Assembly (NCBI GenBank): GCA_003971905.1
Contig: RSEE01000064.1
Location: 124,001 to 188,000 of the forward strand
Reading direction: 5' to 3'
DNA: 64,000 bases
Origin: Moniliella sp. 'wahieum'
Taxonomy: Eukaryota
The notes below the pieces were generated by a model. It ran no database searches, had not been told where the DNA came from, and saw only the letters and a program-made list of their open reading frames with translations. Below, one piece after another: positions 63,121 through 64,000 of this stretch (its first letter is position 1; each line of letters starts with the position of its first letter). A program made the translations under genes and the position numbers.

Positions 63121-63462
63121 GGGGGCGTTGGCGGTGCGTGTGGAGGGGGTGAGGGGGCCGAGTCACTAGTCAACCAGGCCTGGCGAGATCAACCCACGGG
63201 CAACCCTAGAGCGGTGGCAGCAACCCTACTGGAGGCAGCCCAGGCATGGACAAAAGTTTCAACTCGATCGTCTATTCTCTGTGGCTCTGTCTGTCGGTGG
63301 AGCTACGCCGCATCAGGTTCTGCGTCTGCTGCGCTGGGGCGCCATGGCATTGCATGGGATCGGCATCGCCGCGCCGGGTATCCTCCGCCTGGCTCCCCTC
63401 GGCCACCGGGCGGGGCCTTCGTCGTTCTTCGTAGCTCGCTCTCGCTCCGCCCCGCATGCTCC

Positions 63463-64000
63463 CTAGCCCATCGCGAGCAACTTGTCAATCGTGTCCTCCA
63501 AGTTGCCCGCACACGCCTCCAGCATCAGCTGACACACGTCCGCTCCATATTCGGGAACATGATCGTCAGCGTCTCGAGCTTGGCTTGGTGCTGCTGGTCC
63601 TCCGCCCAGGGATTCGGCACCTCCCCCCGCGGCGACAGCGGCAACGCAGACTAGTCGCTGGCCCCGCCGCGTCAGGCGCAAAGGAAAGGCTCGCCCCGTG
63701 GTGAAACCGGTTCGGCGGTTAGGCCCCTCGGAGAAGAGCGACAAGAGGCGATTGCGCTGGGCTGAGGAGGGTGCGGAAGCTGGTAGAAGGAGAGGGCATG
63801 GCGGCAACCTCTCTTCCCCACTACGCGCCGGACCCTTTCTCCCCCGCTCGCCCTGCTGGGGACTCCAGCTCAGAGGAAGAAGCAGGGGCAGGAGGGGCAG
63901 GAACGACCGTAGGCTCGACTGCTGTCGCCTCAGCCCACAACTTGTTCAATGCTCCAATCGGACGACCAATCCCCATCTTGGCCGCTTCGCCCGTACGCTG
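63463..64000 (-). CDS. 3' end of a gene with a C-terminal CUE ubiquitin-binding domain (possibly Vps9-like); 5' part outside the window
   Basis: With one indel corrected: KLETLTIMFPN..ADVCQLMLEACAGNLEDTIDKLLAMG*, containing the CUE MFP and LL motifs. A terminal CUE is the fungal Vps9 arrangement, but no VPS9 domain is visible here. Confidence 0.65.

Overview
This is eukaryotic DNA from a GC-rich fungus with few introns. A basidiomycete is my inference from gene content and short GT..AG introns. The window holds about 21 protein-coding genes and two tRNA genes (intron-containing tRNA-Glu(TTC) and tRNA-Ala(AGC)). Recognisable genes: NAD(P)-dependent epimerase/SDR, GH5 glucosylceramidase/sterylglucosidase-like, START-like protein, glutaminyl cyclase, mitochondrial dicarboxylate carrier, DUF3445/HDOD, OPT transporter, PP1, LSG1, UTP25, DSK2, p24/EMP24, RPN11, ZIP zinc transporter, Zn2Cys6 factor, short Spa2-like protein, MFS sugar porter, HAD phosphatase and a CUE-domain C-terminus. 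Most genes, including essential ones, carry small frameshifts, which I read as uncorrected long-read indel errors, so gene ends are approximate. I saw no CRISPR array, rRNA or recognisable transposase. The most unusual signal is non-coding. The long intergenic regions repeatedly contain 7-nt-period arrays of the form T(C/G)A-NNNN, where NNNN is a palindromic tetramer (at least 12 different cores, sometimes mixed within one array). Other notable items are a rearranged duplication around the epimerase gene, repeated motifs upstream of the zinc transporter, and a G-rich minisatellite in the intron of a short Spa2-like gene.
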